Part shown: piece by piece, positions 19,460 through 29,500 of the stretch
Layout of the letters: every line of letters starts with the position of its first letter
Numbering within the stretch: the stretch's first letter is position 1
IMG/VR virus record: IMGVR_UViG_3300045988_117662
Span: 16,448 to 80,447 of that record
Origin: a virus
Direction: 5' to 3' (one strand)
Length of the DNA: 64,000 nucleotides
Translations under genes and position numbers: made by a program
The notes under the pieces: generated by a model
What the model was told of the DNA's origin: nothing
The model's input: the letters and a program-made list of their open reading frames with translations, nothing else
Database searches by the model: none

Positions 19460-20722
19460 TTATACGGAAATTCGTACCGGGTTCCACCAAAACCCTCTAC
19501 CTTTTGGTAACATCGTTACATCAAAGGATTCTTTTTCTGATTTTCTAATGATGTTAAAAGCACCATTGATATCAGCATTAATTGTCCTACCGGAAGAAGT
19601 TTTAAACAATCCTCGTTTGATCCTTCTTCCTTTGTAAGATTCATGTTTGCAAATCCGTTCATTATCCAAAAAGCTACATTTTGAAGTATAAGATTCTTCA
19701 ACAATCTTAACATTAATACCTTCTAATGTTGCTTTATACGATATCATACTGATAAACGAATTAAAAGGAATAGATACAAAGTTCTGATTATTACGCTTTC
19801 CAATATTGATCTCTTGTTTCCAGCACTTGTTATGACCGATTATGATCGTATTAATACCATTGGAAACTACATGATTAACCAACATCCTATTTGCCTTATG
19901 AAGATAATCTTTGATCTTATTATTCCTTTTGTTTGTTAATGACCTGATTTGTTTTGAAATCTGTTTATCGTCTTTTAACTTAGATTTTAAGAATGCTAAC
20001 CTTTTGTTATAATATTGGTTAATAGACTTTAGTGGCCTACCATTGATGATAAAACAAGAACCGGTGTTTGAAACACAAGATGCTAAATTATCCAATCCTA
20101 TGTCGATGCCAAGATAGTTCCCATTATCGGACATAAGATTCTTTTCCTTCTTATTGTAAACTATTTCAAGAACAATATACCCATTCTTAGGAATGAATCT
20201 AAGTTGTTGAATATTTTGCTTGTTGGTTCTTGTTGTAAAGGAAAACTGTTTTGGTAACTTAACAATGCCTTGTTTTATCCATTTTTGAGAAAAAGCATTT
20301 GTTGCAAAAACAGCAGGAAACAAACCACCCTTGTTGAGATACCTTGGCATTCTTACTTCCTCAGAATACTCACCTCTATTCTTTTTATTAAAGAGATTGA
20401 AGAAAGATTTAAAGTTTCTATCAACCATCATCAACACTTGCTGAGCAACCGGTGTTGGTAAAGCACGATAGTCGACATCATTTTCTATTCTTAACTTCTT
20501 TTCAAGAGAATAGTAGTTTAGGTACTTATACTTTACAGTATTATCATCCTTGTATTGAAAATAATACTGTCTAACAACATATAACCCTTTATTGTATAAG
20601 TTTTTACACTTATGCAATAGATCATAAAGTTCATTGTAATAAACAGAACTTGGTTTGATCGTATGTTGTTCGACTAATCTCATGACACAAATATAGAAAT
20701 TATTATTTATATATGAAAACAA
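19460..20722 (-). CDS. tnpB: IS200/IS605-family TnpB (OrfB) RuvC-like protein; RuvC-II and Zn-finger appear degenerate
   Basis: The N-terminus is OrfB_IS605-like (likely start M14, MRLVEQ). RuvC-I is GIDIGLD (D207) and RuvC-III is TINADINGAFNII (D384). At the expected RuvC-II hhhEDL site there is TIIIGHN. The C-terminal zinc finger keeps only C349/C358. Confidence 0.85.
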   Translation of the reverse strand: MFSYINNNFYICVMRLVEQHTIKPSSVYYNELYDLLHKCKNLYNKGLYVVRQYYFQYKDDNTVKYKYLNYYSLEKKLRIENDVDYRALPTPVAQQVLMMVDRNFKSFFNLFNKKNRGEYSEEVRMPRYLNKGGLFPAVFATNAFSQKWIKQGIVKLPKQFSFTTRTNKQNIQQLRFIPKNGYIVLEIVYNKKEKNLMSDNGNYLGIDIGLDNLASCVSNTGSCFIINGRPLKSINQYYNKRLAFLKSKLKDDKQISKQIRSLTNKRNNKIKDYLHKANRMLVNHVVSNGINTIIIGHNKCWKQEINIGKRNNQNFVSIPFNSFISMISYKATLEGINVKIVEESYTSKCSFLDNERICKHESYKGRRIKRGLFKTSSGRTINADINGAFNIIRKSEKESFDVTMLPKGRGFWWNPVRISV

Positions 20723-20827
20723 ATTGGCGTATTTGTGGTGTAAAGTTGTATATAATTACCTAAAGATGTTAAAAATTGGCTCGAATCTTTACCCAAGATC
20801 TGAACCTATTTTTTTTTCAATACCAGG

Positions 20828-20852
20828 CCCGATGCGATTTTAACGTATCGGG
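20828..20852. repeat. subterminal imperfect hairpin (candidate IS left-end structure)
   Basis: CCCGATGCG / CGTATCGGG inverted repeat with a 7 nt loop, upstream of tnpB. Confidence 0.4.
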
Positions 20853-20932
20853 TTTTTATTTTAATTCATATTGTTTTATTTTAAATCTAATTAATTCATG
20901 AATGTCGTACTTTTGTTGAAAAACTATTCTAT

Positions 20933-21157
20933 ATGGAAAATAAGGAAGATTATGTTGGTTACGAAGATCAAGAACTGTGTAACCGGTATTACAAAGAGGC
21001 TGAAGCCATGAGGCAAAAGCAGGACTGGTCTCAGCTTAGGGCTGTCCCTGCTCCGGCCAAGGGAACGCCATCGCCCGGCTGGGGTCAGCTTGGACGTGGA
21101 ACGGCACGTGTTAAGTATGTTAGTATCAATTCAGGATTGGGAGGAGATAGGTTATGA
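20933..21157 (+). CDS. hypothetical protein (74 aa)
   Basis: ORF and first of a run of 8 small co-oriented genes. Confidence 0.4.
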   Translation: MENKEDYVGYEDQELCNRYYKEAEAMRQKQDWSQLRAVPAPAKGTPSPGWGQLGRGTARVKYVSINSGLGGDRL

Positions 21158-21372
21158 CCGTAGAAGAGTTAGCCAGTAAAAGATACGGTGGTGAATTTGT
21201 TTTCATGTTTGGTTATCTTGAAGGTAGAACAAGATTCGTTTTTGAATGCTTTGATCCCAGGCCTGATCACGAAGGTAAAAACACTTATATGGTTTCCTAT
21301 TTTGAAAAGGAACTTCATGGAAGAGATGTGGTAGATGTGCCGTGTTATATGAATGTTTTGCCAAAATCATGA
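21154..21372 (+). CDS. hypothetical protein (72 aa)
   Basis: ATGA start/stop overlap with the upstream ORF. Confidence 0.45.
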   Translation: MTVEELASKRYGGEFVFMFGYLEGRTRFVFECFDPRPDHEGKNTYMVSYFEKELHGRDVVDVPCYMNVLPKS

Positions 21373-21572
21373 AAACACTACTTTTAAATGTACCTGTATT
21401 TTCCGGTAAGATTATTTCTCCTATATGGATTAAGGCCGTAAGAGATTTTCAATCCAAATCCAAGTCAGAAAGAGACCTGTATTGTTCGATCTGTGGATGT
21501 GCAGGAGGGTGTAACTTGTGTAATGATATAAGTAAGTATAGGATTTCAGAACAATTAAAATATTACAAATAA
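21342..21572 (+). CDS. hypothetical Cys-containing small protein (76 aa)
   Basis: ORF with a CSICGCAGGCNLC cluster. Confidence 0.4.
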   Translation: MLYECFAKIMKTLLLNVPVFSGKIISPIWIKAVRDFQSKSKSERDLYCSICGCAGGCNLCNDISKYRISEQLKYYK

Positions 21573-21880
21573 TGGAATTAAAAGATTTTAAAGATGTAAT
21601 TAGAAATTTAAAACGTTTAATTCGTAGACATAATAGACAAATACATAAAATGAAAATTTTAAAAGGAGGAAAGAAGAAAAACAATCAAGCTCCTTTTGAG
21701 GTTTTCGGATTTAGATTGTTTGATAAAGTGTTGTATAACAATAAAATATTCTTTGTTTATGGAAGGAGAAAATCAGGGAATTTCAATATCAGGGATTTCA
21801 ACGGAGAAAACCCGAAGGATGTTTCACGCAAAAAGTTTAAACTCATTAGAGGTAAGAGGCATCCGATTATATTAAAGTAA
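21572..21880 (+). CDS. hypothetical basic protein (102 aa)
   Basis: Lys/Arg-rich ORF. Confidence 0.45.
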   Translation: MELKDFKDVIRNLKRLIRRHNRQIHKMKILKGGKKKNNQAPFEVFGFRLFDKVLYNNKIFFVYGRRKSGNFNIRDFNGENPKDVSRKKFKLIRGKRHPIILK

Positions 21881-21917
21881 ATGAACGGATTTAATAAATT
21901 TAATAGAAAAACGTATC

Positions 21918-22223
21918 ATGTATAATAAAGAAATCGTGATATGCGCGGCCATCTGGGTACAGGACGACAAGAAACGTCCCTATCAGCCCACCAATATACC
22001 ATCCGGCACCGTGTTCTGTGGATTGAGACACCCCTCTATACTATCTCAACTTGCGGCATACGGTATAGCCCATAAGAACCGTAGTGTTCAAGGATTTTTG
22101 ACAAGCAAGAACCGGTTTTTAACAAGAGAGGAAGCGTCTGAACTTGTTAGAAACAATAATCAGGAGATGGTGGTAGATAGGAATGCCATTAGAGAACAGT
22201 TGTATTCAGAAGATTTGTATTAA
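21918..22223 (+). CDS. hypothetical protein (101 aa)
   Basis: ORF. Confidence 0.45.
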   Translation: MYNKEIVICAAIWVQDDKKRPYQPTNIPSGTVFCGLRHPSILSQLAAYGIAHKNRSVQGFLTSKNRFLTREEASELVRNNNQEMVVDRNAIREQLYSEDLY

Positions 22224-22240
22224 CTAAAAAACAAAATAAT

Positions 22241-22591
22241 ATGGGATTTATAATCAAAAAGTCAATCACTTATAATATGATGGATGGCAATCAGTTAGAG
22301 TATAAATTTGACAACATTAATTTAGATCATGTCACATTTAAAGGTAATGGTAAAGAATCTTTTTCATTTAACAGAGCCCTTGTTGAGAATTTAATTGAGA
22401 CATTTGACACTATGCAGGATATATACTCTGATAATTACGGGATTAAGGTTTATATCGGTAATTGCATAATTCAACTGAATGTAAATCCAAAGAACTTAAG
22501 TGAATCCTTTTTTGACGTATATGATAGAGATGGGATGAAATTGATATATAGTATACAAAATAGTATTTTGAAAGAAATGTTTATAATATGA
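22241..22591 (+). CDS. hypothetical protein (116 aa)
   Basis: ORF. Confidence 0.45.
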   Translation: MGFIIKKSITYNMMDGNQLEYKFDNINLDHVTFKGNGKESFSFNRALVENLIETFDTMQDIYSDNYGIKVYIGNCIIQLNVNPKNLSESFFDVYDRDGMKLIYSIQNSILKEMFII

Positions 22592-22905
22592 TTACCAAGC
22601 AGGACATACAAGCAGCAGCATCGTATATTTTTCGAAGCAGTTTTGTCTCGGAAGACCAGGCAAGGAAAGTAATGGTAAAAGCCGGCAATAACGCTACCAA
22701 GATCCTCGTCAAGACCTTTAGAGGCAAGTTGTTCAAGAAAGCTTTTGAAAGAGCCCGTAGAGGAAAGGATATCAGTTCTTTTGAAAGACAGGAAAAAGAA
22801 AGTGGTTTCAATTTTCTACATAATCCTAATAATGGTCGTATGCAAAGCGGTCATATTATAATAGATGGAATTGGTCTGTTTAAACAAATAATTCATGAAA
22901 GGTAA
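22588..22905 (+). CDS. hypothetical protein (105 aa)
   Basis: ORF with a start overlapping the upstream stop. Confidence 0.45.
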   Translation: MITKQDIQAAASYIFRSSFVSEDQARKVMVKAGNNATKILVKTFRGKLFKKAFERARRGKDISSFERQEKESGFNFLHNPNNGRMQSGHIIIDGIGLFKQIIHER

Positions 22906-23113
22906 AAAAGTTGATATTCGTTTAGGCAGAGGTCTGGCGAATCAGATTAAGATAAACAAAACCATCCCAGTGTCTCATAAACCAAAAGAAGAACGTCGAA
23001 TGATGTTTATTTGTGGTGATGATATTGCTTCTCTTATAAAGCGGTTTGAAAACGAATCAAAGTAATATAAAGTAGGACATGTATCTTGTCCGATTTTTTT
23101 ATATATTTGTGGC

Positions 23114-23437
23114 ATGGCAAGAGGTTATTATTGGATACCACAAACAGATGAAACGTTAAATGGCAGAAGCTATTACGTGGCTAAGATAGTAGGGGATATC
23201 ACGTTTGATACTAAACGAAAAAGAATCGTATTTCAAGCTGATAGGTATTTCCCTGTAGGATCTGTTTTTCATTTTACGCACAATTGCTTCAATTATATCA
23301 TAACTTGCCGACTTCGTAAGCCGGGGCTTTGGTTTGAAGCCAGGAGAGAAGATTCAGGCTCTATTTGCCCTGAAGATATTGAGCGCTTTGAATCGGGAAG
23401 GTTTATACACCGAGATGGGTACATGCATTACATATAA
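23114..23437 (+). CDS. hypothetical protein (107 aa)
   Basis: ORF. Confidence 0.45.
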   Translation: MARGYYWIPQTDETLNGRSYYVAKIVGDITFDTKRKRIVFQADRYFPVGSVFHFTHNCFNYIITCRLRKPGLWFEARREDSGSICPEDIERFESGRFIHRDGYMHYI

Positions 23438-23444
23438 GCTGAAC

Positions 23445-23472
23445 TTGACGATTTTTCGTCAGATTATAATTT
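23445..23472 (+). terminator. weak terminator-like hairpin plus T10 tract
   Basis: TGACGA-TTTTT-TCGTCA hairpin followed within 10 nt by a T10 run at 23463-23472. Confidence 0.3.
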
Positions 23473-23550
23473 TTTTTTTCATATTATTTTTAAGCCATCA
23501 GACTGAGAAGTTGGATGGCTTTATTTTTTATGATATGCTTGATTTTTAAC

Positions 23551-23558
23551 TACCTTTG
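23551..23558 (+). promoter_or_regulatory. Bacteroidota-type -7 box (TAnnTTTG) upstream of the 2140-aa gene
   Basis: TACCTTTG lies 24 nt upstream of ATG 23582 and matches the -7 consensus. No other promoter evidence was found. Confidence 0.3.
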
Positions 23559-23581
23559 TCTCATAACAAAAATGTTTTACT

Positions 23582-26500
23582 ATGACATCAACGTGTATTA
23601 TTAAAAGAGATAATAAAAATAAAGTTGTTTCTGTCTCTACCAGATCAGGGGACAGGTCTATGTTGTTTGATAAAATAGCATCTATTCCTCTTATGGAGAA
23701 TAGGGAACGGGCTACTACTGTTTTTAAAACCGTATTTTCTAATAAGTTCTTAAAGGCTTTTGGTGACTGGAGAAGGAATGTACCTGTTAATAAACAGGCT
23801 TATAATAAGGTAAAATCCAACATCGGCCTTATTCCGGAATCCTATAGAGAAAGGGTGCTGGATAAGGCTTCTAAGATGAGTAATCCTATTCTTGTGTCAA
23901 AATCAGATGCACCTTATGGAATCCGAGAATCGGGCTTTGGATTCTACAGCCAAGATCTGGGTGATAATATTATGTTGGTGGATGCTATGGTTCCGTCAAG
24001 TATTTCCGTACCGGAAGGACCTGGAATAGACGCCGGGCAGTATTTACAAGATGCTATATCTTCGGACTTCACTCCCGTATCTATGGTACAGGATAAGGGT
24101 GTTAATTATATGGTTATAAAAGACGGTCTTAAGATATTTAGCCCAGAAGAGTTACCACAGACAGATTCTAATCCTGTGGGTGTAACGTATCATACTGGAG
24201 AGCCTCGTTTGTTTTTCATGAACGATCGTAGTCAATTATTTGAAGATTACGGAGAAGCTCTTCGCTCTGGCGGGAATGATATCAGAATAGGATTCTTATC
24301 AGGCATCGTTCAAGAATCTACCGTGGATGGAGTGGCAGACATTACTTACAAGGCCGGAAAGTATGTTCTTAATAATCCCAAATCTTTTATACCGGTCATG
24401 ACCGCTTCTGCTTCTACTTCTTTATCAACAAAAGGCGGTATAATTAACTACCTTATAAAGAAAGGTCTTTTGTCCGGATCTAAGATATTCGATCTTGAAA
24501 CAAGAAGCTATTATCTTACAGGAGAAGGTCATACAGGACAAATTAGACTTTTCAATTCAGCCTTATCCTACACCGAGCTCCGTAATCATTTTGGTTCAGA
24601 TGTTTCCATGAACGACCAAGGTATGATAACCATAAGCTCGTTGGATAATAGTAAGGTAACTATGAGGCTCGCTACCGGAGGAACGGAAAGGGTTAGCAAA
24701 GAGCAGATAAAGAACGATCTTAAGTCAGGAAGATACAATGAATTGGATGCTAAGTACGATCATTTTGATGCGCTTGTAGTTTCATTCATATTAGAAGACA
24801 ACGATCTTTATGCTGATGCTAAAGCTAAGATCGTATCGGATTATAGCAGGCAGGAACGTGACCAACGAAATTCTATTGTAGAGATATTAAAAACGCTGGG
24901 CGTTAGTGTCATAGGTATGACCGACTATATAGAGAAGTATCAAACCAAATACGGGCACGAACCTTCTGCTAAGGCATTGGCAGATATTGCCAATAACGTA
25001 ATAGCAGTTGGTGAAGATGCTACTTTATCTGATTTAGTAGAAGAAACAGCCCACTTCCTTGTAGAGGCATACAGAGATCAGAATGCTGTTGAGGCTGTTC
25101 TGCAAGATGTAGAAGGTACGGAAGAGTGGAACCAGTATGCAGGTCAGTATTATAATACATACGGTAAGGTATATGAGGGAGCTGAGCTTGATAATGCGGT
25201 TAGGAGAGAAATTCTTGGAAAGATCCTCGCCAGGGAGATGCAGACCGGCACAGCACAGGCGCCGGTAGAGCCCACCTCCTTCCTGGGGCGCGTCCGGCAG
25301 CTTCTCTCTGGAATCGTAAGCTGGCTTAAATCAGCTTTATCAACCCAAAGACAAGATTTGAATAACGTTATTAAAAACATTCGTGATCTTGCCATTACTG
25401 ACATAGATAAAGGATTTGACACCTCTCTGTTAAAGGATAATGACTTTACATTATACTCCCTTTCTTCTATGAACAAGAACAAGTTTCTTGAGTCTAAGAT
25501 CCTGGCATTAAGGAAAACATTAAGAGACTTACGTCAGATAAGTTCTGATAGGGCTGTAACTACGTCTATGACCCTTGCTCAGCTTAAGACCATAGAAGAT
25601 AAGATAAATAAAGTAGAGACCGAAATAGACAAGAATGAGATGGCGGCTGCCATGAACAGCATGATCTCTACAGCCGAAGCTCAGGTCAGATACTTAAGTA
25701 ATGTGGTGAACACCATCCTTCATGGTGATACCAAAGACGGTAAGCTTCACTTCAATACCAATGATCGAAAGAACGTAGATATTATCAACAATCAGGTTCT
25801 TCCGATCATGAACGATCTTCGAGGATATATCCGTAACAGAAGTACCGAATTTGATGAGCGTGAAAAGCAGGATTATACAAATAGGATCAATACCGTCATT
25901 GCCGACATCAACGGTATTCAGTCTGATATTAAATCAGTACAAGATCTTGATGAAAGTACGTTGCTTGATAAGTTAATGAACGAACTTCATGTGCCGGCAG
26001 ATAAGGTAAAGAGAGTAAAAGAATTTTTCGACAAGGTTCAACACGATGTTTCTTGGATAAGTAGGTGGTTTGGTATATTAGAGCATTCTTCCAGTCCGTT
26101 CAATAACGCTCTTGGAGCTATGATTGCCAAAGACAATTACAATGCGATGGTGAATGCCCAGCCCGCCATATCCGACTTCCTGGCATATGCGAAAAAGCAT
26201 GGTTTTAACAAATCTGAATTTGAAAAACTGCTTCAGAAAGTAGACGGCAAAACTTCTAATTACCTTCGTAGTGCTCTTGATATGGCTAAATACGATCGTA
26301 ATAAGAAGCTGGCGCAGATGCGAGCGTTTGCGACTGCCATGAACATAGAGATATCAGAAGAAGAAATTGGTGATGTGGTTGACAATAACCGTAATTACGT
26401 ATTTAAAAGAGAAGTAGTTGACAAGGATGGAAATACGGTTACTGAAAACGCTAAATTCAAACCATCGTCTGATAGAGTTAATACCGATATTTTTACCATC

Positions 26501-29500
26501 GAGCAGGAAAAGATCTATACAGAGCAGATGGAAAAGTGGGATGCTGAAAATTCGGAACTGGAATTTAGCGAAAGTTATGCCACAAGAATGGAATCCATAT
26601 ACAAAAAGGCTGAAGAAGAATTAGGGCATCCGGTTTCTCAAACAACCAAAGAATACCTTAATGCCCTATCCCGGCAAAAACGGATATTGAGGCAGCCTTT
26701 TATTGATAGCGGTGGTAATTTTGATGAGGTTGCCTATTTTAAAAGCAGCAATTACGAAGAAGAAGGACTGCTTCGTAAACAACGTAAGGAAGCAGCTTCA
26801 GAATACATATATGTAGGAACCAGGAGAGTGGAAAAAACCGGCGACCAACTTAAGATGGCCAAAGAAATACAAGCTATAAATGAAGTTTGGAGAAAGGAAT
26901 CAAATAATGCCACTAATGCCGTATCAGAATCGTTTTTGCAAAAATTAAGAACGATTCAGAGCGAGTCTGGAGGAGAAGCTGCGCTGAAGACACTTATGTT
27001 GGGAGGTCACCTGTCATTCAACGATCGGTTTTGGAATGATGTAGAATCAGAACAGTCGGCACGTACCGAATCAAATAACAAGGCTTCGTATCTTAAAATG
27101 GCGCATGATATCATTAGTTCTACGACAAGTGATAGAGATGCGACTGACGTGGATTCTATTGTGAAAGATATAGAAAAAAATAAGGCTATTATCAAGGAAA
27201 TAATCGGAAACAATCGCGATGTGGCTGATATCGGAGAGATTAACGAAGCGACATTTACCTCATCTGAAAGAGATGCTTTTAGGGCCGCATCTGAAGCTAT
27301 TGAAGCCGATTACGCTATTTTGATAGATTATGCTAAGATGGCGGGTCTTGAAGATATTGATAAGTACCTTACTAAAAGCAGTAAGGCTGAAAACGAAGTA
27401 AATCAGTCTTATTTAAATGCTCTTGCTGACTCCAAGGAAGTGGAATGGAAGTTCGTACAACGTCATACTACGGCGAAGAAAGCAAAAAGGATTCAGGCTT
27501 TAAGGGATAAGCTGTTTAAGGCTGCTGATAACCGATATCTGTTTACCGTATCTGAAACCAACTACCTGTCAGAAAAGCTTGGTATAAGCAAAGAATTAGA
27601 CGGTAGAGATTTCAGGAATGCTGTTAATGCTAAGATGGCCAGCTTATTTTTAAATAATACAAGAGAAGAGGGCGTAGAAGAAGCTAATGCTATTGTTAAT
27701 GAATTTGCCAGAAGCCAGGTTTTTTCGTACTATAAACGCATGGCGCCTACCGGATATGCAGCTATGATCGACAAAATCGGTCGAGGTGAGATAGATGTGG
27801 CGCAAATGGTTAAGGACGTACAAAACGGTACATCCACCCAAGATTATGGCATGGACATATCGTACTTGTCTTTCGACCCTGCAAGGGCATGGGTGGCTGA
27901 ATCTGAAGCCGAAAATAGCGGTCGTAATCCTGATTATGTAAAAGATCATGGGTATGGTCATCGAATGCCTAAGAAAAGCCTGTATCGTGACGAATCGTAT
28001 TTCAATGACTTTGGTATCAAGTATGATGCTGACGGTAATGAGGTTGCTACTAAAAACGTAGAGCAGTGGAATATGATTCAAAAACTCAAGGAAATAAAAA
28101 GACAATCCCTTGATCTATACAAAGAGCAGAGCCCGAACCTGTATGCTATTCCACAGATATCCAAACAAGATATAGAACGTGTAGAAGGATTGGGTATTAA
28201 CTTCAAAAATACGGTTCGTAATTTTGTATCAGATCTGTGCCTGGACAGAGTAGACGATTCTCTATATGGTAAGACCAGGCAAGGAGAAGTGTATGATCCA
28301 GAAGACAGGCTTAGGTCTATACCTAAATACTACATATATGAGTTGGAGAACCAAGATGATGTATCTCACGATTTTGGCTACTCTTATTCGATGCTTATGA
28401 TGCAGTCATCGTTATATAACGAAAAGCAGAAGTCTATAGAGCTTGCCCAAGGACTGGAGCAGATGTTACTGAATAAACAATTTGAGGGCGGTAAGAAGGC
28501 TGAAGCAACCCAAGCATATCAGATGTTCAGGGACTTCTTCAACGATCATTATTATGGCATTAGGATGAACACCAAAAAACTTACGGTGAACATCGGAGGA
28601 TATACGGTAGACCTTACAAGAATTATGATGGCTGTTGAAAGATTTATGTCGGTCATGAACTTGGCACTGTCCCCGTTTGTGGCAGCTACCGGCGCCTTAA
28701 CAGGTCATATCAACCTCATCATGGAATCTGCCGTAGGACAGTATATAAGTAAAGATTCCCTTAAATACGCATCGGCTGAATTTTCACGCCTTGCTCCATC
28801 TTGTATAGCAGAAACCGGAGACATAGATAGGAAAAGCAAATTATATGTCATAGGTGAGAGAATGGGGATATTCAATATCCGAAATCGTATGTATGGTGCC
28901 GGATATAATAGAGTGGCCAGGACCTTAATGCGTTCACCTATGTATGCTTTTATGGAAATCCTGAACTACCCTCTTGATCCGCAGGTTATGATTGCTACTA
29001 TGGACAATGTTCGTTATTACAAAGGCCGGTTCTACACGTTCCAAGATTTCAAGATGGAAAAAGAACGCAATAAAGAACAGAGTACCATAAAAAGAGAATG
29101 GAACGCATTAAAAGATCGTACTTTATGGAGTATGGTAGACGTCGTGGATGGAAAGGTGGTTGTAAAGCCCGGATCAGGTGTTACTGTTGAGGAAGTTGAA
29201 ACCCAGATGGCTATAACCAGGAATCAAGTCCGTAGCTTGTCGCAGATATGTAACGGATCTTTGAATGAAGAAAACCGAACTGCCGCATCGCGCAACTGGA
29301 TAGCCAGGTTCATGACCGCCCACCGAGGATGGTTGGTGCTGGCGGCTCAACGTCTGTGGAAAAGACGTGGCTTCAATTTCCAGACAATGCAAGAAGAGGA
29401 AGGGTTGTCAATTACGTTAAAGAATATGATAGCCAAAACATTTAGCTTAGCTTCCGAGTCTGGTATGAAAAACATCATAGATGCCTGGAACGAAAATAAA

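Larger units (their letters stand above)
19116..20900 (-). mobile_element. IS200/IS605-family tnpB-only (IS1341-like) insertion; ends approximate
   Basis: TnpB ORF with 5' and 3' non-coding ends inserted between two + strand genes. An imperfect hairpin CCCGATGCG-ATTTTAA-CGTATCGGG sits at 20828-20852. No tnpA (Y1/HUH) gene is present. Confidence 0.55.

Noticed and set aside
28030-28050. KYDADGNEV in the 2140-aa protein, as a DxDGD variant
   Set aside because: The final residue is Asn, not Asp, and no surrounding polymerase-like conservation was recognisable.
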